A DNA stretch of 64,000 bases, taken from positions 124,001 to 188,000 of IMG/VR virus record IMGVR_UViG_3300027770_001980. One strand, written 5' to 3'. The notes under the pieces were generated by a model, which saw only the letters and a list, made by a program, of their open reading frames with translations, searched no databases and had not been told where the DNA came from. A program made the translations under genes and the position numbers. This document shows positions 46,559 to 55,396 of the stretch, piece by piece; within the stretch, counting starts at the first letter, position 1; each line of letters starts with the position of its first letter.

Positions 46559-48514
46559 ATGCCAAGTTTTATTAATGCCTCAACAACAGGATCGGGCGGA
46601 CTTATCGCATTTGGTGATAATTCTGGAATATTAGATTTCCAAACTGGTAGCAGTACAAAGATGCGTATTGACTCCAGCGGGAATGTGAGCATTAATACAA
46701 GCACCGCAGTTTCTCAAAGTAAACTAACAGTAAACGGTTCTATCAGTTCAACTGGATCTGACGGTAGATTTGGCAGCGGTGGTCAACGAGCAATATTTGA
46801 TATTGAACAAATTGGAATATGGACTGCACGAATCGGAGCAACATCCGGAGGTGTGACTACAGGAACTAATCTTGGATTTTATGTAGGAACCAGCGCTGGC
46901 AGTAACTCTCAGGCTATGCTCATTACTTATAATGGCGCTATTGCATTTGGTGGTACAACTAATTATGGATCAACCGGAACAATTTTACAGAGCAACGGCA
47001 ATGCTCCTCCAACCTGGGTCGATACATCGAGTATAGTAGCAGGTTCAACCCCATTGACAAATACATATGTTGGATATGGTGCCAGTGGCGTATTATCAGG
47101 AAGTAGTAATTTAACATGGAGTGGATCACAGTTATATATTAATGGTGGATCACTATCAACTCTTACTAATAGTCAAATAATTGCACAGCGTTTTCAAGTC
47201 TCAAGTACCAACGCTGACTATTTAGAAATTAGCAATGTTCGTGGCACAACAGGCGCAGGATGGAATCAAGCAGGTTGGAGAATTCAACAAAAAATTGATA
47301 GTACCTGGATGGCATACATTCAGTTTAACGGTACAAGAACTGGCACTAACGATAGTGGAATGAGTTTCGGTACTGGTAGTACTACTGCCTTTGCAAATAC
47401 TGTCAGTGAGCGTATGCGTATTGATCAGGACGGCAACGTGGGTATCGGACCAAACGGTACTGATGCTAATGTTAGATTGTTGGTACAGAATAGTGGTAAT
47501 CAGAATGTCGCTTGGTTTAAAAATTTCAGTGGAACAAGAGCAGCACCAATAGAAAATGCCGATTGGCCATGGCCTGTTATGACATTGTCTGGATATGGCA
47601 ATTTTTACCGACAAAATATGCTGTCATTTACATTGCCAAATGATGCCAAGAGTCAAACAAACGGTATATATCACACAGACGATAGTGTTTGGAATTTTTC
47701 ACTCAATGGTGTAACAGGTGTAAATAGTTGGGATAATGCGTCTGGCAGCACCACTCCTGCTACAACATCAACCACTTCTACCGGTCTACAATTATTAGGT
47801 CCTGGTAATTTACGTTTAGGCACCACCGCCTCCAACAGTATATTTTTTAGAACTTCCAACGTTGATAGGGCTACAATTCATCCTAACGGTTATATGAGTA
47901 TAGGCGGCAACTTAGCATCATCAAGCCAGTTGAATATCAGTGGTAGTAATCAAAGGGGTGGCGCTTCCTACCACGATTTCTTATATGTAAACAGTACATA
48001 TGCCAGCGTCACAACTGGTAGCAAATCTTTTAGATTAGGTGCCGCTGGCACGGTAGAAATAGTCAATGCTGCATATACTTTGGTGATATTCAATCTTACA
48101 GATGCCGGGGCACTAAGTGTAACTAATGAAATTACAGCATATTCTTCAGATAAGAGATTAAAGACCGACGTTAGACCTATTGATAATGCTATCGATAAAG
48201 TAAAATCATTAAACGGTATTATCTATAAATGGAATGATTTAGCAAATAGTTTGGCAGGATATAACATCAATGAAGATTTAATTGGATTATTTGCACAAGA
48301 TGTACAAGCAGTATTACCACAAGCAGTAAGACCTGCACCATTTGACCAAGAAAATGGTGCAAGCAAATCCGGTGAAGATTATCTAACTGTTCAATATGAA
48401 AAACTTGTTCCATTATTAGTAGAAGCGATCAAAGAACAACAGGCTATTATCGAACGACAACAAAAACAAATAGATCAGATTCAAGCCATGCTGGCAGAAC
48501 TGCTCAATAAATAG
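46559..48514 (+). CDS. Distal tail fibre with C-terminal intramolecular chaperone (peptidase S74-type)
   Basis: SDKRLKTDVRPIDNAIDKVKSLNGIIYKWN...GLFAQDV...YEKLVPLLVEAIKEQQ plus coiled coil. Confidence 0.85.
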   Translation: MPSFINASTTGSGGLIAFGDNSGILDFQTGSSTKMRIDSSGNVSINTSTAVSQSKLTVNGSISSTGSDGRFGSGGQRAIFDIEQIGIWTARIGATSGGVTTGTNLGFYVGTSAGSNSQAMLITYNGAIAFGGTTNYGSTGTILQSNGNAPPTWVDTSSIVAGSTPLTNTYVGYGASGVLSGSSNLTWSGSQLYINGGSLSTLTNSQIIAQRFQVSSTNADYLEISNVRGTTGAGWNQAGWRIQQKIDSTWMAYIQFNGTRTGTNDSGMSFGTGSTTAFANTVSERMRIDQDGNVGIGPNGTDANVRLLVQNSGNQNVAWFKNFSGTRAAPIENADWPWPVMTLSGYGNFYRQNMLSFTLPNDAKSQTNGIYHTDDSVWNFSLNGVTGVNSWDNASGSTTPATTSTTSTGLQLLGPGNLRLGTTASNSIFFRTSNVDRATIHPNGYMSIGGNLASSSQLNISGSNQRGGASYHDFLYVNSTYASVTTGSKSFRLGAAGTVEIVNAAYTLVIFNLTDAGALSVTNEITAYSSDKRLKTDVRPIDNAIDKVKSLNGIIYKWNDLANSLAGYNINEDLIGLFAQDVQAVLPQAVRPAPFDQENGASKSGEDYLTVQYEKLVPLLVEAIKEQQAIIERQQKQIDQIQAMLAELLNK

Positions 48515-48534
48515 GAAGCCGACAAGGGAAAATT

Positions 48535-48753
48535 ATGTCAGTATTACCAGCAACAGGCGCAGCAATATCGATGGGACGAACACAACAAGCATACAATAAT
48601 GTAGCAGCAGGAACCGGTGCGGCGGCCACTGGTGGCAGCACCTCCGTTAGATTGAGTGCATCGTTAGGTGCAAGTTATGGTGGTAGGGCTGCTGGAACAG
48701 CTATTAGTTTTTCTTCAACCTTCGGTGGCAAAACAACCCCTTATACTTACTAA
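48535..48753 (+). CDS. Small Gly/Ala-rich fibre-tip-associated protein
   Basis: TAAATA upstream; LPATGAAISM...ISFSSTFGG pattern typical of genes following S74 fibres. Confidence 0.5.
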   Translation: MSVLPATGAAISMGRTQQAYNNVAAGTGAAATGGSTSVRLSASLGASYGGRAAGTAISFSSTFGGKTTPYTY

Positions 48754-48755
48754 AC

Positions 48756-49214
48756 ATGAAACTTGAACAAATTGATGATGTAATATCCAAAATTAAAATT
48801 GGACCCAGTAAATGGGAATTAGATACTATTGTTTGGCATGACAGATTGTCTAATCCAGTAACTTTGGTAAATTTTTTACTTCGAATACAAATGTTATCTG
48901 AAAAAAATTCCGAATCTCAAGAACTAACTCATCTTTTAGAATTATTAGATGAAATGGAAGAAAGCGATATCAATGAGCTAATTGAGAGATCCGAAGAAGA
49001 AGCACACGATGCATTTATTGAAAATTTGGCAAAAAAAAGTGCTCTTGAAGTTTTAACTAACGGCAGAGTGGACATTGAAACATTAAATACCTCTTGCAAA
49101 CTCAGCCCTAATGACTTTATACTATGTGCTAAACGAACCCAAGATTTACTAGTTACTATTCATGGACTGGTGATCAAAGGCGAGTCACTTAGTGAAGATG
49201 TCGCAGGCGCATGA
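48756..49214 (+). CDS. Hypothetical acidic helical protein
   Basis: Intact 152-aa ORF, coupled to its neighbours. Confidence 0.5.
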   Translation: MKLEQIDDVISKIKIGPSKWELDTIVWHDRLSNPVTLVNFLLRIQMLSEKNSESQELTHLLELLDEMEESDINELIERSEEEAHDAFIENLAKKSALEVLTNGRVDIETLNTSCKLSPNDFILCAKRTQDLLVTIHGLVIKGESLSEDVAGA

Positions 49215-49867
49215 AAACAAAATCAGTATTCTCATCCAGTAGTTGGTCAACAAAAAAAAGTAAATTAGCAGTTTGCATACCTTGCAGGGATACTCTGCAT
49301 TCTGCACATGCTATGTGTTTAGTTGAATTAGTCAAATTCAACACCATGAACAATATAGACACACATGTGTTTATGGATGCAAGTACTGTATTGCTAACCC
49401 AAAGAGAACGATTGGCCATGATGGCATCGGATCTTAATGCAGAATATACACTTTGGTTAGATAGTGATATGACATTCCCTTCTACTACTGCGGTGAGATT
49501 GATGTCACACAATGAAGAAGTTGTGGCAGCAAATTATGTCAAGCGACAACTGCCTGCTAAGGGTGTGGCCTATGAAAAAATATGGGATTGGCAAAATCCG
49601 TTAGGGTTTGATATACAAGATCAACTAGTTCCTGTAGAGGGAATAGGAATGGGGTGTATGTTAATGAAAACCGATATTTTCCGAGAAATTCCACAACCCT
49701 GGTTTGAATTCCAATGGACTCCTGAATCTAATGATCATCTAGGGGAAGATATGATACTATGTCAAAAGATTGCCAAGACTGGTAGAACTGTTAAAGTTGA
49801 TACTGTATTAAGTCAAGAACTAAGACACCTTGGTACCTGGGCGTTTGGACCAGATCTGTTAAAGTAA
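49211..49867 (+). CDS. Glycosyltransferase, GT-A fold (family 2-like)
   Basis: VCIPCR, LWLDSDM (DxD), GIGMGCML, GEDMILC, KVDT...HLG motifs. Confidence 0.75.
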   Translation: MKTKSVFSSSSWSTKKSKLAVCIPCRDTLHSAHAMCLVELVKFNTMNNIDTHVFMDASTVLLTQRERLAMMASDLNAEYTLWLDSDMTFPSTTAVRLMSHNEEVVAANYVKRQLPAKGVAYEKIWDWQNPLGFDIQDQLVPVEGIGMGCMLMKTDIFREIPQPWFEFQWTPESNDHLGEDMILCQKIAKTGRTVKVDTVLSQELRHLGTWAFGPDLLK

Positions 49868-50299
49868 TTCTAATAATAATTCTATCTTAGCACGAATTAT
49901 CTTGCTACTAAAAGAATTCTTCACACCTCTGTGCAATGGTTTAGGCCATTGATCATAACTAACCCATGCATATCCATCATGCTCATCATTTAGTGATGGG
50001 ATAAATTCTCTATCAACAACTAATACATAGGTATTATATTGAAACTGTTGATCGTTACTTACAAATAATTCTAAAGGTACAACTTTTTTAATAGTAGGTG
50101 TTCGACCTACTTCTTCTTGTATCTCTCTTGTAAGTGCATCAAAGGGAGTTACATCTGACGGTTCTTTTCTACCTCCGACCAATCCCCATGTGCCGGCAGT
50201 ATTAATCTTGGTCCTTGATAATAGTAAGAATCTTTTGGTATCTTTTGCTAAAAATAAACCGCCACTACACACCACTTGATTTACAGTATTAATCTCCAT
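49859..50299 (-). CDS. NUDIX hydrolase
   Basis: Nudix box WGLVGGRKEPSDVTPFDALTREIQEEVG. Confidence 0.85.
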   Translation of the reverse strand: MEINTVNQVVCSGGLFLAKDTKRFLLLSRTKINTAGTWGLVGGRKEPSDVTPFDALTREIQEEVGRTPTIKKVVPLELFVSNDQQFQYNTYVLVVDREFIPSLNDEHDGYAWVSYDQWPKPLHRGVKNSFSSKIIRAKIELLLELL

Positions 50300-51702
50300 A
50301 GTGCTGCATCATAGACGCCCTCATAACTTTTACTCCATGCTCCATTTTCCCACTTATACTGTGTGTTAGTATATGAGTTAGTTATGTATATCACATCTGT
50401 ATGATCAACAGAACTGAAAATCACTTGCCAAGAATCTCCATTCCATTCAATTATATCATTAGCAAATGCTTGAAAATCATCCCCATTATTATTTTTCCAA
50501 GCGTTTGGTCCTGTATATCCAGGTGTTCCAAATTGAATTGTATTATTAATGTCGTTGAGTATTAGATATCTGGTTCCAGCAGCAACTGTTTCGGGATTAT
50601 AAGTTTCAGGATCTATAACTGCATCTATGGTTCCTCTGCCCACAGGATTATAGTTACTGCTTATAGTTGTATTTGTAGGCACACCCGGACTATCGGGGTC
50701 GATATTTAATTTCATAATAAAATCATCATTTGGGTCCAAGCTAATGTAAGCAATAACTTCGTTACCACCAGAGTGCCCAAATCGTAATTGACTTAAACTT
50801 GCTCTAAATCTTCCCGGATGTAAATCTAATATTTTTAACCAAGAAACAGAATTAAGTGGAGAACTGACATCTATATTTTCCCCAAGGCCGTTGGAATTTA
50901 TTAGTCTTGCGGTATTATTCAATACCAACAAATCATATTTTCCTGCTGTAACTACTACACCAGCATCTGGTGTTATACCACCGAACATATCAGCAGCACC
51001 GACTTGGCTGTATTCATTAGCAATAGTACCTTGTGCATTAGAAGAAAATATATTAGATATAATCTTAGTAATGATTCCTAATTTCTTAACTTTAGCAGGA
51101 GGGGTTATCCAAATAGGAGTTTCAAAAGTCATAGTCATTATATCGATGTCTTCGGTGGTACCCTGTGGAATTTGTCGACTTGTCCAATTTACATCATCTA
51201 ACCTTACTGAACTTAAACTGGTCCAGTCGAGATAATTATCAGTGGTTTGTATCTCAAAACTGGGTGTGAAGAAAACTGCTATCTGTTCAAATATTTGTAA
51301 TTTTTGTTCATTGCTGGTAGTCCATATATCTGCATTCATTGTTAACTTATATGGAGTTGGCATGATACGTTCTATGGTATAATTACTACCTTGATTGTTT
51401 GTATACAATCCGGATCCATCATCAAATGCACGTTCTCTAACTTGTATCTTGCCGACAAATGTGGGATCCTGCATACGCTCTCTATCAAATTCTAATTCCT
51501 TGATGTAGCAAGCAATGAACGGAGCACTGGGCATTGTGTTCTCACTATTCTTTTTAAGTATCTGCCCAACTTGTCGAGTCATATCACCATACCGAACAGG
51601 CACCTGGACAAGATTCCCTTTGGCATCTTTGTAAGCATAGTTGCTCATCAGTTGAATAAATTGTGCCAAGTATCTACGTACTTGACCGTCATAAAAATAA
51701 TC
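50281..51702 (-). CDS. gp15: Tail terminator/sheath stabiliser (gp15-like) with C-terminal extension; conserved frame begins at DYFYDGQVRRY without a start codon
   Basis: FYDGQVRRY, VPVRYG, PTPYKL...EQIAVFFTPSF motifs; ORF track starts at an internal TTG (51669) but the conserved frame extends to 51702. Confidence 0.75.
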   Translation of the reverse strand, partial: DYFYDGQVRRYLAQFIQLMSNYAYKDAKGNLVQVPVRYGDMTRQVGQILKKNSENTMPSAPFIACYIKELEFDRERMQDPTFVGKIQVRERAFDDGSGLYTNNQGSNYTIERIMPTPYKLTMNADIWTTSNEQKLQIFEQIAVFFTPSFEIQTTDNYLDWTSLSSVRLDDVNWTSRQIPQGTTEDIDIMTMTFETPIWITPPAKVKKLGIITKIISNIFSSNAQGTIANEYSQVGAADMFGGITPDAGVVVTAGKYDLLVLNNTARLINSNGLGENIDVSSPLNSVSWLKILDLHPGRFRASLSQLRFGHSGGNEVIAYISLDPNDDFIMKLNIDPDSPGVPTNTTISSNYNPVGRGTIDAVIDPETYNPETVAAGTRYLILNDINNTIQFGTPGYTGPNAWKNNNGDDFQAFANDIIEWNGDSWQVIFSSVDHTDVIYITNSYTNTQYKWENGAWSKSYEGVYDAALWRLIL

Positions 51703-51720
51703 CGATTTAGTACAACGGCG

Positions 51721-52287
51721 TTAAACCGAAGCCTCCTTAAGTTGTTTTCGAGCCAATGCTCTCTCAGTTATTGCTGTTTTTCTTGCATTAGCAATTTCTG
51801 GTCCGTATATTTCTTCCCAAGTCATACCTAATTTTTTACCTTTGTTAGCAGAATTTTTGCCTTTATTTGGATGAGACTTACCCTTCATAGGGCCGCCGTC
51901 TTTTCTTTTCCAACCTCCATCTTTACCTTCTGCTTTTCGTCTAGCATGTGCTATTTTTTGAGCACTGCTCATTCGTTGTTTACTTTCTTCTGAATGCAGT
52001 TTATTTCCGCCTGCTTGTCGAATATTAAATCCATTATTAATAGAATCAAATTTTTCTACATATTTTCCTTCAAGCATGTTTAATTCTTCTAAAGAGTTAG
52101 CCGTTGTAAGAACTTCAAATGTAAATGCATCTATTCCGTATTTTCTTAAGGCATTATGAAAATGATACTCTCTTGTGGTATATCGACTATCTGCAATATG
52201 CTCTAATCGTCGTTGATTAGGATTTTGTATAGTTTGACCTATATAGCATCTGTTAGACTCTATATGTGTAAATTTATAAATGTGCAT
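51721..52287 (-). mobile_element. Free-standing GIY-YIG homing endonuclease with NUMOD3 motif, inserted at the gp14/gp15 junction
   Basis: HIYKFTHIESNRCYIGQT (GIY-YIG), RRLEH, FHNALRKYG, catalytic-type E in LNMLEGKY, GFN; NUMOD3 HSEESKQRMS. Confidence 0.85.
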
Positions 52288-52288
52288 G

Positions 52289-53497
52289 TTAGTTATCTGC
52301 TCTTGGTTTTAGTACTTGACTCAACGCTTGACGTTCTTGAACAACTTCTCCAGCAATGGTTGCAGTATTGATATTATTAACAAAACTTGATTTTAGTTTT
52401 CTTCTTACCAATATCGGATTGTCAGTTTGTGTCTCTCCCAACATACTGGTTGTCATTCTAACATTATCTTCATATTTAATCCAATGTTTTCCATCATGCC
52501 TAAACAGCCTATTAGGCAAATAATCTGTTCTTAGAAAGAAATCACCCAATTGAGGATTTGCAGGAAAATTAATTCCAAATCCATATGCTGATCCATTTGG
52601 CGGAATTCCATCACCTGTTAGATATCCAATAAAATAATTTTTAGAAGGTGTATTTAAAACAGCCGATGCATCTAAATATGACATTGACATATCGCCGCTG
52701 GCATCTGTATTTGAAATAGACGCATCTGCAATAGATGCTAATTGCGTTCCTGTATTTTCTATAGGAATTACAAAAAATTGTTCTGTTTTATAACCGCTTG
52801 CTTCAACATCTGCTTGTGCCTGTTGAATAATTTGATTGTTAATCTCAATATTTTTCTTGTAGGTTGACAATAAATCACGTAATGTACTTCCGTCTTCGGC
52901 ACCCGAATCTGCATCAAGAATCTCTTTAAATTCTTGACTATCGACCAACGGAACACATTTAGCTCTAATTAGGTGAGGGTACCATGTTTGACTATATCCC
53001 GATGCTGGCCTATTAACTTCTGATACTACATAAAATCTCTTTAGTGCTACAATACTATCATCTAATGCGTATTCATCTTTCTGGTGTGGTAATTCTATAA
53101 CATCACCGGACATTATTTTTCTACCCAAAGCATCGTAACTACTTCTTAAGTGGAAACTAATCATAACATTATCATTGTTTAAGAACAATCCAAATTGACT
53201 TAAATTAAAATCTAAATCTTGCAAGGTATAAATTCCACGGATAACATACACATCCGGGTCATAGTGTCTATCTCTATTTTCCATGAATAGCAAATCCTGT
53301 ATTCCTAACTCAGGAATAGCAGTTGCTGAATTGTTTGGAATAGTAGGGCTACTGGTTCCTTCTAATGGATCAACGGTCCCTAAATATTTGTGTATATAGA
53401 CATCAGTTCCGCCAACTTGAAATTCTTCGTTGATCACTCGATCTATAAATTTAAAATCATTGCCCTTTTCGGGACGGTACATAGAAAGTCTTGGCAT
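52289..53497 (-). CDS. gp14: Neck protein, gp14-like
   Basis: IQDLLFMENRDRHYD, LSQFGLFL, GDVIELPH motifs; TAAATA-N7-ATG. Confidence 0.7.
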   Translation of the reverse strand: MPRLSMYRPEKGNDFKFIDRVINEEFQVGGTDVYIHKYLGTVDPLEGTSSPTIPNNSATAIPELGIQDLLFMENRDRHYDPDVYVIRGIYTLQDLDFNLSQFGLFLNNDNVMISFHLRSSYDALGRKIMSGDVIELPHQKDEYALDDSIVALKRFYVVSEVNRPASGYSQTWYPHLIRAKCVPLVDSQEFKEILDADSGAEDGSTLRDLLSTYKKNIEINNQIIQQAQADVEASGYKTEQFFVIPIENTGTQLASIADASISNTDASGDMSMSYLDASAVLNTPSKNYFIGYLTGDGIPPNGSAYGFGINFPANPQLGDFFLRTDYLPNRLFRHDGKHWIKYEDNVRMTTSMLGETQTDNPILVRRKLKSSFVNNINTATIAGEVVQERQALSQVLKPRADN

Positions 53498-53504
53498 AGT
53501 ATTC

Positions 53505-53520
53505 TATTTATGGCTAAATA
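53505..53520. promoter_or_regulatory. Palindromic divergent late promoter TATTTA-tggc-TAAATA for gp14 (minus) and gp13 (plus)
   Basis: Inverted repeat; boxes lie 7 and 5 nt from their ATGs. Confidence 0.7.
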
Positions 53521-53525
53521 TCAGT

Positions 53526-54284
53526 ATGACCGAGAACGAAAACGAACGCCAAAAGATAGTAGAATATGTCAAAGCCATGTTAGGCGGTGGTATGATTGAC
53601 GTTGAACTTGACCCTGTACATTACAATACTGCAATTGACAGGGCATTAGCTAAATTCCGTCAAAGAAGCAGTAATGCATCTGAAGAAAGTTTTGGATTTT
53701 TAACCTTACAGTTAGATCAAAATGAATATATTCTACCACAGGAAGTCACTAATGTGCGCCAAATATTCCGACGTAGTATTGGTAGCAGATCAGGCGGCGG
53801 AAATGGTGGTACATTGTTTGAACCATTCAACTTAGCCTATAGTAACACATATCTACTAACCTCTACTAATATGGGTGGATTGGCTACATATTTTGCATTT
53901 GCCAGTTATCAGAAGTTAGTCGGTAAGATGTTCGGCAGTGAAATCAATTTCACATTTAACAAAACTACCAAGAAACTTACAGTTATGCAACGTCCGCGGG
54001 CAGAAGAAGAAGTCATGTTATGGTTATATAACTTCCGTCCGGACTTTAACTTAATGCAGGATCAGTTTGCAGGACAATGGCTCAAAGATTATGCATTAGC
54101 GACCTGTAAACTCATGCTTGGCGAAGCACGTGAAAAGTTTGGAAGTATCGCGGCACCATCTGGCACCACACAATTAAATGGTGCATCTCTTAAGGGTGAG
54201 GGTAAAGCTGAAATTGAAACACTTGAACTCGATTTGGTCAACTACAAAGATGGTGGAACACCATTAACATTTGTAATTGGCTAA
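53526..54284 (+). CDS. gp13: Neck protein, gp13-like (start moved to MTENENER at 53526)
   Basis: MLGGGMIDVELD, WLKDYALA..K.MLGEAREKF, LNG motifs; upstream part of the track ORF overlaps gp14 and its promoter. Confidence 0.8.
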   Translation: MTENENERQKIVEYVKAMLGGGMIDVELDPVHYNTAIDRALAKFRQRSSNASEESFGFLTLQLDQNEYILPQEVTNVRQIFRRSIGSRSGGGNGGTLFEPFNLAYSNTYLLTSTNMGGLATYFAFASYQKLVGKMFGSEINFTFNKTTKKLTVMQRPRAEEEVMLWLYNFRPDFNLMQDQFAGQWLKDYALATCKLMLGEAREKFGSIAAPSGTTQLNGASLKGEGKAEIETLELDLVNYKDGGTPLTFVIG

Positions 54285-54291
54285 GGAAATA

Positions 54292-54320
54292 TTGACACTG
54301 TAGCAAAAATGTAATAAATT
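54292..54320 (+). promoter_or_regulatory. Sigma70-type promoter for dNMP kinase
   Basis: TTGACA (54292-54297), 17 nt spacer, TAAATT (54315-54320). Confidence 0.6.
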
Positions 54321-54341
54321 ATAGTATCACTTAGGGGTTCT

Positions 54342-55007
54342 ATGATTATTGGTTTTGTAGGGTTAATTGGTTCGGGCAAAGATACTGCTGCGGATTATTT
54401 GGTTAATTTTCACGGCTTTAGAAGAGATAGTTTTGCCAGCACTCTTAAAGATGCTGTCGCACATGTGTTTGGATGGGATCGAACGTTACTCGAAGGACGC
54501 ACAGCAGAAGCCCGAGAATGGAGAGAACAACGCGACGAATGGTGGTCTGCTCGTTTAGGCAAAAATATAACACCACGCTGGATCCTACAATATTGGGGTA
54601 CTGATTTATGTCGAGTAGGATTCCACGATGACATATGGGTTGCAAGTCTTGAGAATAAGATGCGTAAAACTGGTGATAATATTGTTATCAGTGATGTGCG
54701 TTTTCCTAATGAAATTCGGGCAATACACAATTCAGAAGGAATAGTAGTGCGTATTCAACGAGGATTAGATCCCGAATGGATGGATGCAGCGAAATCATAT
54801 AACCGTGGTCCTAACAGAAACTCTAAATGGTCGTTAAGCAAAGGTAAGTTAGATAAACTAAAAATACATGCAAGTGAATATTCCTGGGTAGGTAGTGATA
54901 TTGATTATACAGTAAACAATGACACCACAATAGATTCACTGTTTGATCAGATACATGCTATTGTTAAAGATCGGGTACCAGATCCCCTTGCCTCCAAGGC
55001 AGCTTGA
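54342..55007 (+). CDS. gp1: Deoxynucleoside monophosphate kinase
   Basis: GFVGLIGSGKDT P-loop; SFASTLKD; PRWILQYWGT; ISDVRFPNE. Confidence 0.9.
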   Translation: MIIGFVGLIGSGKDTAADYLVNFHGFRRDSFASTLKDAVAHVFGWDRTLLEGRTAEAREWREQRDEWWSARLGKNITPRWILQYWGTDLCRVGFHDDIWVASLENKMRKTGDNIVISDVRFPNEIRAIHNSEGIVVRIQRGLDPEWMDAAKSYNRGPNRNSKWSLSKGKLDKLKIHASEYSWVGSDIDYTVNNDTTIDSLFDQIHAIVKDRVPDPLASKAA

Positions 55008-55299
55008 GTTTGTGTAATATTCGTTGACAGTTAGCACACACTGTCTTAAGATTTGTATACCTACAATTAGTTGGATTCCCGTCAATATAGAATACATTAA
55101 ACTGTTCTATATATTTAGAAGTAAAGCCACATTTATCGCATGTGGCTTTCTTTTTGTATCCTGATTTCTGCCATAGCGGGGTGCCATCCTTGCGGTGGCT
55201 GGCACAATGATCACATTTAGATCTGTAGAAGGCTCTACCTTCTTTATAATAGTTAACAGCAACGGGTCTTTGCCCGCATTCTTTACATAGATTTCTCAT
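54964..55299 (-). CDS. Zinc-finger/degenerate HNH protein (start likely MRNLCKEC at 55299)
   Basis: Four CxxC pairs; HNH-like core VFYIDGNPTNCRYTNLKTVCANC lacking the catalytic His; TAAATA at 55334-55329. Confidence 0.65.
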   Translation of the reverse strand: MRNLCKECGQRPVAVNYYKEGRAFYRSKCDHCASHRKDGTPLWQKSGYKKKATCDKCGFTSKYIEQFNVFYIDGNPTNCRYTNLKTVCANCQRILHKLKLPWRQGDLVPDL

Positions 55300-55396
55300 A
55301 TGCGCCCTTTTGTTGCCCTTTTCACTTGTATTTAACCCCTTGTTTTTTTCAAGACCGGCTAAATAACTCAAGTAATCCAATTAGGAGATATTACAT

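Noticed and set aside
51706-51726. T4 gene-60-style matched-codon hop (GUU take-off, GUU landing in the hairpin loop)
   Set aside because: The second GUU is out of the gp15 frame, so landing there would not restore the protein.
52180-52220. TCAACGAC and GATAGTC in the endonuclease ORF as group I R and S elements
   Set aside because: Only ~20 nt apart (no room for P3 or P8), and they encode the conserved NQRRLEHIADS nuclease helix.
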